A stretch of 63,412 bases of DNA, counting the filler, from Thraustochytrium aureum (taxonomy: Eukaryota), in the NCBI GenBank assembly GCA_012862495.1. It is 5 parts of 5 records of this genome, joined end to end, with 100 filler letters (N's around TTAATTAATTAA, not from the genome) between each part and the next. Parts side by side here need not be neighbours in the genome. Positions count along the whole stretch, not along the records: positions 14,710 to 44,716 come from BLSG01000393.1; positions 44,817 to 56,563 come from BLSG01000394.1; 3 more parts are not named here. The stretch is one strand, 5' to 3'. How positions within the stretch are numbered: the stretch's first letter is position 1; every line of letters begins with the position of its first letter. Below the pieces are notes generated by a model. The model was not told the origin of the DNA, made no database searches, and worked only from the letters and a program-made list of their open reading frames with translations. The translations under genes were made by a program, and so were the position numbers. Positions 35,756 to 46,453 of the stretch are shown piece after piece.

Positions 35756-36403
35756 ATGAAGCTACTTGCTACCGCCATGCTGGCTGCGGCCGTGGTCGCC
35801 CGCGAGGCCACAGCCGCAACCGTGGTCAGCACCGAGGTTTTTGGCATCCTCGAGGTGATGAAGGTAACCGGCGCTGTGCCACATGCGACGGGCAGCTCGC
35901 TCTCGGCGGACAAGCGCACGGTGTACTTGTTTACCGACGACAAGCCCGCACAGCCGAGCAACACAGTCTGCGCGACGCCGACGTACTCGACGCCGGAAGA
36001 CCCTGCGGGGCCGTGGCCCCTGGTCTTTGTCGAGGACCTTACTTTGGCTTCAGGCATTCCAGACAGCGCCTGCACATCGGCAACGTTTCCCGGTTACCCG
36101 CTGCCTGTGCTATGCTGCAAAGTCAACAACTATGGCTTGATGCCCATGTACCAGTATCAAGACGACGTCAGTGGCAGCGACGCCAAGGGCCTTGGCACGG
36201 GCAACTGGTGGACGGTCGACTCGCTTGGGGGCAGCCCGGCACCTGGTTCGGCGCCGTCTAGCAACCTCGGTGAGACGCCGATCGGTGGCAACCCAAGCAG
36301 CGCGTCGTGCGGGCGCGCAGTGAGGGCGCTGCAGCGCTCGCCGGCCTCACACTTGCCTGGGCTCGTCCCCAGCAGTAGGTACTTACTCTACGCTCTCAAG
36401 TAG
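35756..36403 (+). CDS. Secreted protein with two Lipoprotein_15 (YxFxxD / COG4315-type) repeats; 3' end may be spliced from 36269
   Basis: Signal peptide MKLLATAMLAAAVVAREATA; TVYLFTDDKP..SN.VC...WP; PMYQYQDD..SDAKGLG.GNWWTVD..G. Confidence 0.75.
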   Translation: MKLLATAMLAAAVVAREATAATVVSTEVFGILEVMKVTGAVPHATGSSLSADKRTVYLFTDDKPAQPSNTVCATPTYSTPEDPAGPWPLVFVEDLTLASGIPDSACTSATFPGYPLPVLCCKVNNYGLMPMYQYQDDVSGSDAKGLGTGNWWTVDSLGGSPAPGSAPSSNLGETPIGGNPSSASCGRAVRALQRSPASHLPGLVPSSRYLLYALK

Positions 36404-36957
36404 AGATGCTCGTTGCGGCGCTTGCGACCCGCGAGGCGCGCAAGATAGTGCAGAGGGTCGGGGTCCGTTGTCCCACGGTGCGCTGCGTCGTGTATTATGA
36501 AACTTCCAACATTTATACCTCTTACGCATTGTCCTACGCGAAACGTCTCTGTCAATGGGATTGCGCACCTCTGCGTCGCCAGGATCGCCACGAGCTGGTG
36601 CGTCCCGGGAACCGGCAAGCGCAAGGCGACCGCATTCCCGCGACTTTCGACCAGACCACCCACCTTCCTCGGCGGTTCGTGTGGAACGCGCGCCCCCGCC
36701 CCGCGAGGGCAGTCCCGCATCCTTCTCCTTTGCCCCNNNNNNNNNNNNNNNNNNNNNNNNNNNNNNNNNNNNNNNNNNNNNNNNNNNNNNNNNNNNNNNN
36801 NNNNNNNNNNNNNNNNNNNNNNNNNNNNNNNNNNNNNNNNNNNNNNNNNNNNNNNNNNNNNNNNNNAGCTTCCTGCGAGCGTCCGAGCAGGCACAAGGGA
36901 GCAAGGCAGAAGGCAGCAAGGCAGAAGGCAGCAGGGCAGACTACTCTACATAGGGCC

Positions 36958-37965
36958 ATGACGGTTGCCGCCGCGGCGGGAGACGCCATACGCCACAGCT
37001 ATGCGTGGGCGTTTGAGGAACTAGGCCGACCGAGACCCGCTGAAAATGTTCTATTGGGTCCTCAACGCTTGGGGCATGGCAGTGTTTTGGGGCATTGGAG
37101 GGCTCTACCTCGCCCTGGATGTGCTTGCGCCTGCTTGGGCGCTGCGGTACAAGATTCAGCCTGAGGAGAATGCCCCGGTTGACAGCGGCCGGCTCGCCCA
37201 AGCGCTCAAGCGCATTGCGTTCAACCAGTTTGTCGTGGCGAGCGCCTTTTCCGTCGTCTGGGGCTGGCTAGCCATCCGCGTGCGCGGGAACCCGTACCTG
37301 CCGGAAGACATCTCGTTCGCGCCGATGCTCCTCGCCCGGGACGTCTTGGTGATCGCAGCCTGCGAAGAGATAGGCTTCTTTTACACGCACAAGTGGAACC
37401 ACGACTTTGCGTTCCTGTACAAGGTAAGCGGTGCAGGTGCTGTGCGTGAGGCGGTGTGCTGTGAGTCGAGGCTGACGACGCGGTGAGCAGCATGTACACA
37501 AAATCCACCATGAGTGGAAGGCTCCAATTGCGATCGCTGCTGTCTATGCACACCCGATCGAGCATGTGATGTGCAATCTTGGGCCAATCGCACTGGGACC
37601 GCTTGTATGCGGGTGCCATGTATGGCTCATCTTTGTGTGGATCTTTGTTGCGCTGGCCTCGACGTTGGTCTCGCACTCTGGCTACCACCTTCCGTTCTTG
37701 GCCAGCCCGGAGAAGCATGGTACGTTTCTTGCTTGTTCGGCGCTGCTGCAGGGGTGTCGCTGACGCGCGGTGCCTCGGCGAAGACTTTCACCACAAGTAC
37801 TTTGACGTCAACTATGGCCCGCTTGGCGTGCTCGACCGCCTGTACGGCACGGATGCCAAGTTTCGCAAGCATGTCGCATACGACCGGCACCGTACGGTGT
37901 ACTCGCTGACGCCGATCCGCGAGCTCGTGCCCGACCGGCCCGCGGGCGGCCCCAAAAGCAAGTAG
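36958..37965 (+). CDS. Fatty-acid hydroxylase/sterol desaturase superfamily (FAXDC2-like); introns 37424-37490 and 37720-37783; frameshift at 37026-37027
   Basis: His boxes FFYTHKWNH, HKIHHEW..P.AIAAVYAHPIEH, HSGYH, HDFHH; RYKIQP. Confidence 0.9.
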
Positions 37966-38159
37966 ATCGCACGCACCGCGCAGGGCCAAGCAACACGTCG
38001 TCGCTGACTGATGACGAATCGTCGCTTTTTTTATTTCTTGGCTTTTTTTATTTCTTTCTCGGGGCGAACGAGGGTTTCAGGGATGCGGTTGGATGGATGG
38101 ACAAGTCAGAAGGCCTCTGCGAGGGCGCAGTGCGCGCGAGAGATCCGGTCGCCCGCTGC

Positions 38160-38426
38160 TTAGTCCCGGTGCTTGCGAATCTCGCGCTCAAAGGTCGCAT
38201 CGCCCCAGGCAACGACGCCAACCAGCGTGAGGAACGGGGGGACCACGTCCCAAAAGTTGTCGGTCACCTTGTGCTTCATCTTGGCCGGCCATTCGCGCAC
38301 CCAGGGCGTGATAAAGTCCTGCCGGTACGGCGACACGGTTCGCGTGACCAGGCCATAGGTCGGCTTGTACTTCATCCACCATTTCGTCAGCGCGAGCGCC
38401 GGTCCTTTGGCGGCTGGGGCCCCCAT
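38160..38426 (-). CDS. QCR8: Cytochrome bc1 complex subunit 8 (UQCRQ)
   Basis: 88 aa; GLVTRTVSPYRQ motif, VVPPF followed by single TM helix and basic C-terminus. Confidence 0.8.
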   Translation of the reverse strand: MGAPAAKGPALALTKWWMKYKPTYGLVTRTVSPYRQDFITPWVREWPAKMKHKVTDNFWDVVPPFLTLVGVVAWGDATFEREIRKHRD

Positions 38427-38570
38427 CCCGCCTTGGCTCTCTCTGCCGCGCTCCTCCTCCTACGTGCTACTCCTGGCAGCGGCTGTCGCTCCCGCCCCTC
38501 TGCAGCTGCTGCGCTCGCTCCTTGCGGTCTGCCACTGGCGCCGCGTCCGTCTTGTCAGTCGACAGACCGC

Positions 38571-38596
38571 ACCCTAACCGAGCCCTAACCCTAAAC
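38571..38596. promoter_or_regulatory. Interstitial telomere-like (CCCTAA) motifs in divergent promoter
   Basis: ACCCTAACCGAGCCCTAACCCTAAAC between divergent QCR8 and ELMOD genes; function inferred only. Confidence 0.4.
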
Positions 38597-38936
38597 GATA
38601 CACGGGCCGCACCAAGACGAGCTGCGGTCAGCATTTCGCGTCACGTAGCCCCTTTTGTGGTCACGCGCAGCGCTTTGCACGCCACCTAGGGGGTACGTGT
38701 TCCAACGGACACGTGTGGTGCGTGCCGGTAAGTACCTACACGAGCTGGGGATCGCGGGGCGCCAAGGCAGGCGAGGCGAGGGCGTAGCGGGCGCGAAGCG
38801 GACCCGGGCGCAGGGAGCAGAGGGGAGCTGGCGCAAGGCCGCTCTAGATAAAAACTGCCCCAGGAGGCGGCGCTGGGGACGGTGGGAAGGCTTGCCACAG
38901 TCGCTTTTTTTTCTTTTTCTTTTTTCCTTGCGCAGG

Positions 38937-40721
38937 ATGGCAGCGCCAAACCCGCTTGCGCTGGCCATGGACAGGGCTGTGAGGGACACACTTGCACGGC
39001 GGCAGGGCGATGCTGCGGATGCTGTCTTGAAGCCCTTGGATTTGTTCGCCAAGGGGCCACCGCCACCGCCGCCCAGCGGCGACGTGGACGAGCTGGACCG
39101 TGTCGAGATAAACCCAGAGGCCGTAAGGCTCGGGCTCACCAGGCCGCGGAGAGAGCGCAGCGCGACCCATCGCGCTTGTGACGTAACGCCCGCTTTGCTA
39201 CCGCCACCAGCGCCTTCATCACCGGGCCCCGCGACGAGCTGTGTGAAGGCAGCGTTTGGGATCACGTACAAACCAATGCGCGTTCCAGGCCAACTGCAAG
39301 ACGACGAAACCTCGGCGTACACAGTGCCGAGCGGGCCGGCGTTTGAGGATGAGCTTGAATTCGAGCGGCAGCTTGCAAACCAAGCCGCGCAAAACAACCG
39401 GCTGGAGCAAGACTCGGCGTCCGACTTTGATAGCGACTTTGAGCAGGAGGCAACGTCACCAGCTGACCAAGGGAGCAGCGGAGATCACGGACCAGCCCAC
39501 TATGTCGCGGGGACGGGCGAGGAAGGCGAAAGGCGCATCGTCGAGGAGATGAAGAGGATCTCTGCAACTTTAGATGCGCCAGTCGCGGTGCATGCGCGCC
39601 TGGAGACGGCGTCGCTGGAGCTGCGAGCGCTCTGTGCGCTAGCTGCCCCCCCGCCCGCGTCCCTGGGCGCCGAGATCCCGCTTCCGTACAGTTCACCCGA
39701 AGGACCAGCTCTGGGTTCGCCCCGCGAGATCGACGTTGCTGACATTGCAACCAACGTGAGCGCAGCGCTCGGCACGCTCGAAGAGGCGAGCGAGGACGAA
39801 GAGGACTCGGAAGAGCAGAGCGACGCAAGCCCCAGTGTCGTTTCAGCTGTGGAAGGGTTCCCCGCAGTCGCTCACCCAACAACCGTTGACCCAACCAGCG
39901 TCGCGTCAGCCAACGCTTTCTCGCCGATCGTTGTTGTGTTTCAAGACGAGGACTGGGGGGAGGCCGTCCCAAGAGGGGTAGAGGAAGCCGTGGACGGCGA
40001 TATCTTACACTGCGACGCGATTGCGTTCTTTGCCGCAAGACTTGCGTGCACGGAGCGGCACAGCGCGGCAAGGCCGGGGCTGTGGGCGCGGCTACGCGGT
40101 CGGACGCGGGAAATCCAAGGCGCTGAATTCGTTCAGGGCATTGCCAAGGTTGACTTGGACTGGACCGACCCTGTGCACTGCAGAATGATCTGCACTGTTT
40201 TCCGGAGCCTCACGGGCGGGACGCAAGCACCTGCAACTACTGGTGCTCACTGGGAGCGGATTGGTTTCCAAGGTGCCGACCCCAGCACCGACCTGCGATC
40301 GTGCGGAATGTTTGGTCTCCTTCAGATGCTTTGGCTCTGCGAGACCCACAAAGAACTGGCGCAACGCGCCCTCAGCGTCGCGTCTGCTAGTGACCAGGTC
40401 GACCGGCAGTTTCCCTTCATGGCTGTATCGCTCAACCTGTCGCTTGTCGCCCTGCAAACGGTTCGCAAGCATCGCTCCGCCGGGCGATATTTCTCGCACC
40501 CTAACGACAGGAACGCTGTTTTGCATCCAAGCGCGCTTGAAGCTGCCCACCGTCTCTTTGCTGGCATGTGGTGCGTGCTTGCACAACGGTGGTCTGAGGC
40601 CGGCCTTCGCGTGCAGGACTTTCCTGCCGAGCTCAAAGCCCTCGAAGCGCGGTGCTTGCGCGCGCCGCGAGAACTCGCGGCCCTCGTGCTGCGCGCGACG
40701 GCCGCTGCTACCACGTCGTAA
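38937..40721 (+). CDS. ELMO/CED-12 domain protein (ELMOD3-like Arf-family GAP)
   Basis: HWERIGFQGADPSTDLRSCGMFGLLQML, FPFMAVSLNLS. Confidence 0.9.
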   Translation: MAAPNPLALAMDRAVRDTLARRQGDAADAVLKPLDLFAKGPPPPPPSGDVDELDRVEINPEAVRLGLTRPRRERSATHRACDVTPALLPPPAPSSPGPATSCVKAAFGITYKPMRVPGQLQDDETSAYTVPSGPAFEDELEFERQLANQAAQNNRLEQDSASDFDSDFEQEATSPADQGSSGDHGPAHYVAGTGEEGERRIVEEMKRISATLDAPVAVHARLETASLELRALCALAAPPPASLGAEIPLPYSSPEGPALGSPREIDVADIATNVSAALGTLEEASEDEEDSEEQSDASPSVVSAVEGFPAVAHPTTVDPTSVASANAFSPIVVVFQDEDWGEAVPRGVEEAVDGDILHCDAIAFFAARLACTERHSAARPGLWARLRGRTREIQGAEFVQGIAKVDLDWTDPVHCRMICTVFRSLTGGTQAPATTGAHWERIGFQGADPSTDLRSCGMFGLLQMLWLCETHKELAQRALSVASASDQVDRQFPFMAVSLNLSLVALQTVRKHRSAGRYFSHPNDRNAVLHPSALEAAHRLFAGMWCVLAQRWSEAGLRVQDFPAELKALEARCLRAPRELAALVLRATAAATTS

Positions 40722-41406
40722 AGAAACGGAATTCGTTGCGTCCGCGTCTTGGCTGTTGCGAACTACCGTGGCGGTGCCTTGGGTGGGCTGCACCCGCCCT
40801 GGCCAGCGCGGAGGACAGCGAGCTCGTCCAACAGCTGCAGCGGCCTTCGGGCCCTCGCTGGTCATCCCCTCCTTGCCACGGGCTCAGCCCGCCCCTTGCC
40901 CCTGCGTAGGTACCCGTTTTGCAAAACGATCACTCGAGTGGTGGTAGGTGAGTAGAGTACTCTATAGAGTACACTGGCTGACTGCTGGACGCGGCATCGC
41001 GGCATCTCGCCTGGCGCTCCCGTGCGAAAGCGAAGCACCCCATCCAAGGCTCGTCACCCAGCGCCCCAAACGTCGCTCACGAATGCGCTGCGCCTTCATC
41101 GATGTGTCGATGTGATGCTTGCGGACGTGGCTGTGTCCGTCCTATGGAAACGTCGCTTTGTGCCGTTTGTGACGCAGCCTGGCCTGCATTCGAGTCGCAC
41201 GGTTGTAGGTAGGTCAAGTCCTCGCGTCAGCTTCCAGCGCCCCTCCAGCGCCTGTCAGAGAGAGCGAAAGCGGCGGCGGCTGCTGTATGCCGGCTGCCTG
41301 ACGGCCAGCTGGTTGCTCGCTCGGCCGCTTGGTGCCGCGTCGTGCTGCTGGGAGACCCGGGCGTGAGCGCCACGAATCGTGGCGGGGCACAAACCAAGCA
41401 AATAGA

Positions 41407-43245
41407 ATGGCAAAGCTGGGCGGCCTGGCTCTCAGCAGCAGGCGATTGGCCACTGCAGCCGCACAGCGCTGGGCGGCCGTGCCGCGTCTATGCCGCCGCG
41501 CCGTGTCCACCTCGACTTTTGATCTGTTCAAGATCGGGGTTGGCCCGTCTTCGTCGCATACGGTTGGCCCAATGAAGGCATGCAACGAGTTTGTCAACGG
41601 CCTGCGCGACTCAGGCAAGCTTGGCGAAACCAAGTCTGTCGTCGTAGATCTTTACGGATCGCTCGCGCTAACTGGGAAAGGCCACGCCACGGACAAAGCC
41701 TGCCTGCTTGGCCTGAGCGGCGTGCGGCCCGACCACGTCGTAGGCGCCGAGGAGCTTTTAGCGCGGATCGAGGAGGACAAGGCCATTGAGCTCGGTGGGC
41801 AGCAGCGCGTCTCGTTTGAGCCACGCGAACACGTGAACTGGAACTTTGACAGACTGCCTGGCCACGCGAACGCTCTCAAGGTTGCTGCCTTTTCGGAGGA
41901 TGGCGCAGAGCTCTTCACCAAGACCTACTTTTCAATCGGCGGCGGATTCATCCGCACGCTGGAAGAGATGACAGCGAGCAAGGAGGAGCTGCGGGCGGAG
42001 AAGGAGGCGATCAAGCTGGACTGGCACTTTGCGACGATGAAGGAGCTCTTGCGCCTGTGCGCCGCCAAACAGATTGACATCGCCTCTGTCATGCGGCACA
42101 ACGAGCGGCACAAGGGCCACACTGATGCGCAGATTGACGCCCAGCTCGATCGGATCTGGGCCGTCATGTCTGCCTGCGTGGACCGGGGGCTGACAAGCAA
42201 AGAGGTGTACCTCCCGGGCTCGCTTCAGGTTAAGCGGAGGGCCCCGCAACTGCACGCCACTGAGAAGCGGTTCGCCCGGAGCAACTCTATTCAGACCATC
42301 GACCAGCCCTACTTGCCGATGCTCAACGGCATGTCGCGCCTCTCGATGTATGCGATCGCCGTTAACGAAGAGAACGCGGGGGGGTGGTCGCAGATTGTCA
42401 CGGCGCCAACGAACGGGGCCTCGGGCGTGATTCCAGCGTGCCTCCGCCACCTCGTCACCGACTTGCTCCACCCCCGCTTTGTCAAGCAACTCCCGCAGTT
42501 GTACGACAGCCACGAGCACGCAATGGTGGAGGCGCCGCGGATGTTTCTGCTCACCGCGGCCGCGATCGGGGCTCTGATCAAGCAAAATTCGAGCATCTCT
42601 GGAGCGGAGGCTGGATGTATGGGCGAGGTTGGGTCGGCGAGCTCGATGGCGGCTGCGGGCCTCACGGCTTGCCTCGGAGGGACGCCTGACCAAGTCGAGA
42701 ACGCGGCCGAGATGGCCATGGAGCACAGCCTCGGGCTCACATGTGACCCGATAGGTAAGTCCACGTTTTTCCTTTCGGCCAGGGTTGTGGAGTGGCCGGT
42801 TTGCTCTCGAACTCTCTCCCTTCGCCTTGTGATCAAGAGAAATCGAGATCAAGGTTCAAGGTTGAGCTTGATCTACTCGAGTACTAGCCAATGAAGAGAG
42901 AGCCGTCTCACTTGCGCTTGAGCTGACCGATTGGTTGCAGACGGCCTCGTGCAAATCCCTTGCATCGAGCGCAACGCGATGGGAGCCACCAAGGCAATGA
43001 ATGCCGCCACGGTAAGTTGGTTGCTGCCGCTCAGCATGGCAGGAAGGAACTCGTGCCGGCCGGCCGGCGCTGACCTTTCAAATCAGCTCGCGCTCATGTC
43101 GAGTTCGGAGCACCACGTCGAGTTCGATACTGTCATCGAGGTCATGAAGCGCATTGGCGACGACATGAAGATGGAGTACAAGGAGACCGCACTGGGGGGG
43201 CTGGCGCTCGCGCACAACATCAAGCGCAGTCTGCCATCGTGTTGA
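41407..43245 (+). CDS. sdaA: Iron-sulfur-dependent L-serine dehydratase (single-chain SdaA type) with putative mitochondrial presequence; introns 42755-42940 and 43012-43086
   Basis: [100 protein letters not shown]. Confidence 0.95.
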
Positions 43246-43527
43246 CCTACCTCCCGATAAAGAGAAACACAGCACCTTTTGCCGCTCTACTTGCAGAAAG
43301 TCGCCAAGTACCTACACCGAAATCGTTGCACACTTTTTGTCCACGCAGTCAAAACAGTTTCACCAGAACAGAGGCCTGGCGGCAGAGGAGCAGCAGCGGT
43401 GGCGCGGGTGCGTGCGCGAGCGTGCGCGAGCGTGGCGGCCGGTCCTGTAGGTAGTTCGACAGACGTCGGCTGTAGTTTGACAGACGTTGGCTGCCTGGGT
43501 AGGATTGTCGGCGTGGGACACGTGACG

Positions 43528-44617
43528 ATGCGCCGGCTGGTTGCGCTCGGCCTCGCAGTTGTGAGCGCCCTGCACGGCGTGCAAGCGGCGCACGAGTACG
43601 CGGACAGCGAGGTCGCCGCCCTGCGAGGCAAGAAATGCACCAACCTGGATGAGGTCAAAGCGGCGGTGCAGTTTTCCGATATCAAGTCGGACCCGTACCC
43701 GAAGCTGTGGTACGACACGAGGATCGACTTTGAGCGGGACTGTTACGTCGTCTACCCACCCGGCGGGGACCGAACCTCCTACGAGCTCAAGACGATGACC
43801 TCTGGCGAGGCAGAGGCGTATGCACCAGGGCGACACTTTCTCTCGCACCGAGGCCAGTGCGGCGTTTGCTCGCAGCTCGACGACCTCGCAGTATACATTC
43901 ACACCCGTGACTTGACGTCAGCCGTGCGGAGTTGCACGCTGCGCATGATCAAACCGTGGACGATCTCGTGCCTCAAATCTCTTGGGTTTACTGAAGAGTG
44001 CACCTACATTTGGTTCTGGAACACGGCCAACACCAAAAAAACGCACGCCAACGGCGGCTGCTTTGGGGTCTGCGTAGCACACATTTTTGCCAACAACAAC
44101 GTCCCTGTCGGTACGTACAACCCCTGCAAGCCGACGACAGGTGCCATGCAAGTCGAACTGTCCAACACGGAGGGCGCCAGCGCGGGCGAGCGACTCAATT
44201 CCGTCACGCCGCAAGTCAACAACGTTGCGTCTCGAAGGGATCTGTGCCTTCCGTGCGTTGGGTGGGGCTGCTGCAAGGACTGCTGCTTGCCGAGCTCGGC
44301 TGAGGAGGAAGGCGGCCTGTGCGGAAACACGATTAATGGTCGGCCGGCCTGCTCGCGAGAGCAGTGGGAGAACGGCGAGTTCAGGCTAAACCCGTGCCTC
44401 CAGTGTGACGAATGTAAGTTTCTTGGACAAGCAGTGACTGCAGAGAATGCGAAAACCGCAAGGTCGCTCACCACGTTTGCCATCATGCGCCTTGCTGCTC
44501 GCAGGTCGATCTGGGCCAGTGTTTCAGCGTGTTTCAGGCCGCACGCGCCGCAACTCGGGGATCATCAGCGCGATCGGGCGCCCAGGTGTTGTCGAAATAG
44601 TGCACAACTACGGATGA
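43528..44617 (+). CDS. Secreted cysteine-rich protein of unknown function; intron 44414-44504
   Basis: Signal peptide; H.G.CG.CS..DL.VY, LGFTEEC..IW.WN..NT, LNPCLQCDE|CRSGPVF..VSGRTRRNSGI.SAI.RP. Confidence 0.8.
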
Positions 44618-44760
44618 TAATTTGCCGTCTTTTGATTCATTCCATGTGGTTGGGTGTTACTCTACGTAGCGCTAAAAGACGGGAGGTGCGACCTCGAAAG
44701 CAGAGTGAAAAAAAAGNNNNNNNNNNNNNNNNNNNNNNNNNNNNNNNNNNNNNNNNNNNN

Positions 44761-44772
44761 TTAATTAATTAA
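44761..44772. other. Artificial scaffold linker TTAATTAATTAA
   Basis: Same 12-mer embedded in N run. Confidence 0.95.
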
Positions 44773-44979
44773 NNNNNNNNNNNNNNNNNNNNNNNNNNNN
44801 NNNNNNNNNNNNNNNNCGCGAACCGCTGCGAGCGCGCAACCGTGGCGGCGCGCCGTTGCCCCTGGCGGCATTCATTCCACGGCGGAGAGGAACGGAAGCA
44901 GAGAAACAAGCACGCCGGAGAAACAAGCACTGCGACAAAAATCGATTTACCGAGCAAAGCCGTGCGGCGCCAAGGCTAG

Positions 44980-46453
44980 CTACTCAATCTTGCAGTCCCC
45001 CGAGGTGCCGTCCCCGCCGCCGCCCGTCACCGGAGGGCTGGTGGCCCTGGTGAGCGTCTCCATGTCCTCGTCCGAGAGTTCCCAGCTGAAGAGATCGGCG
45101 TTTTCCACAAGGTGCTGGCGCGTCTTGGTCTTGGGGATCACCGGGATTCCCTGCTGGACTTGCCACCGAAGCGAGACCTGCGCGCCGGTTTTGTTGTATT
45201 TGGCGCCGATTTTGGTGACCATCTCGCCAGTCAGGAGCTCGTCCGTGCCGCAGGGCCCGCACAGGGGCGAGAAGGACTCGTAGAGCACGCCCTTGGAGGC
45301 CATGTATTCGCGATCGTCTGTCGCGTCCGGGCCCGCCGTGCCCATGCCAACGTGAAACTCGACCTGGTTGACCGCCGGGACGATCGTGCCAGACGCAAGC
45401 ACATCGTCCAGATGGTGCTTGCAAAAGTGGCTCACGCCGATCGCCCGGGCCTTGCCGGCGCGGTAAAAGTCCTCCATGGCGCGCCACCCCTCGACACGCA
45501 TTTTCTTGCCCCCCTTGCCGTCCCAGTTCGCGGGAAAATGGACCAGCATCAGGTCTACGTACGAGAGCATCAGCTCGTCCAGGGTCGCGTCGAGGGCGGC
45601 GCTTGCGGCCGAGTAGTTGAGCCCGCCCGGGATCTTGGTCGTTATAAACACGTCTTGGCGCGAGCCCAGCTGCCGGGCCTCCCACATTTTCAGTGCCCGC
45701 CCCACGCCGCGTTGGTTGCCGTACATGGCCGCCGTGTCGATGTGCACGTACCCGAGCTCGAGGGCGAGGCTGACGGCCTCGAACGTGGTCGAGGTGTTGT
45801 ACTCCCAGGTCCCGAGGCCCATCATGGGCTGTTGTCGGGCACAAACGAGGTCAGCTTCAGCGGCGCGACAGCAACCCGACCCCGCGCCACCCAACCTACC
45901 AGTTTCACCCCANNNNNNNNNNNNNNNNNNNNNNNNNNNNNNNNNNNNNNNNNNNNNNNNNNNNNNNNNNNNNNNNNNNNNNNNNNNNNNNNNNNNNNNN
46001 NNNNNNNNNNNNNNNNNNNNNNNNNNNNNNNNNNNNNNNNNNNNNNNNNNNNNNNNNNNNNNNNNNNNNNNNNNNNNNNNNNNNNNNNNNNNNNNNNNNN
46101 NNNNNNNNNNNNNNNNNNNNNNNNNNNNNNNNNNNNNNNNNNNNNNNNNNNNNNNNNNNNNNNNNNNNNNNNNNNNNNNNNNNNNNNNNNNNNNNNNNNN
46201 NNNNNNNNNNNNNNNNNNNNNNNNNNNNNNNNNNNNNNNNNNNNNNNNNNNNNNNNNNNNNNNNNNNNNNNNNNNNNNNNNNNNNNNNNNNNNNNNNNNN
46301 NNNNNNNNNNNNNNNNNNNNNNNNNNNNNNNNNNNNNNNNNNNNNNNNNGTCGGCACCTGCACAGCCAGCGGTGACCCATCCGTCACGACGACGCCAGCG
46401 CCCTGCGCGACGACGGCCGCAGCAGCAGCGGCGAGGGCCACGGCAGCCCACAT
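44980..46453 (-). CDS. Aldo-keto reductase with apparent N-terminal signal peptide (gap and intron in 5' part)
   Basis: PMMGLGTW, GYVHIDTAAMYGN, VFITTK, YVDLMLVHFP, KARAIGVSHF, PAVNQVEFH, AQVSLRW.VQ, IPKT. Confidence 0.92.

Noticed and set aside
36899..43500. Short local duplications (15-bp at ~36900, 21-bp at ~43455)
   Set aside because: Ordinary slippage duplications in 5' regions with no further structure
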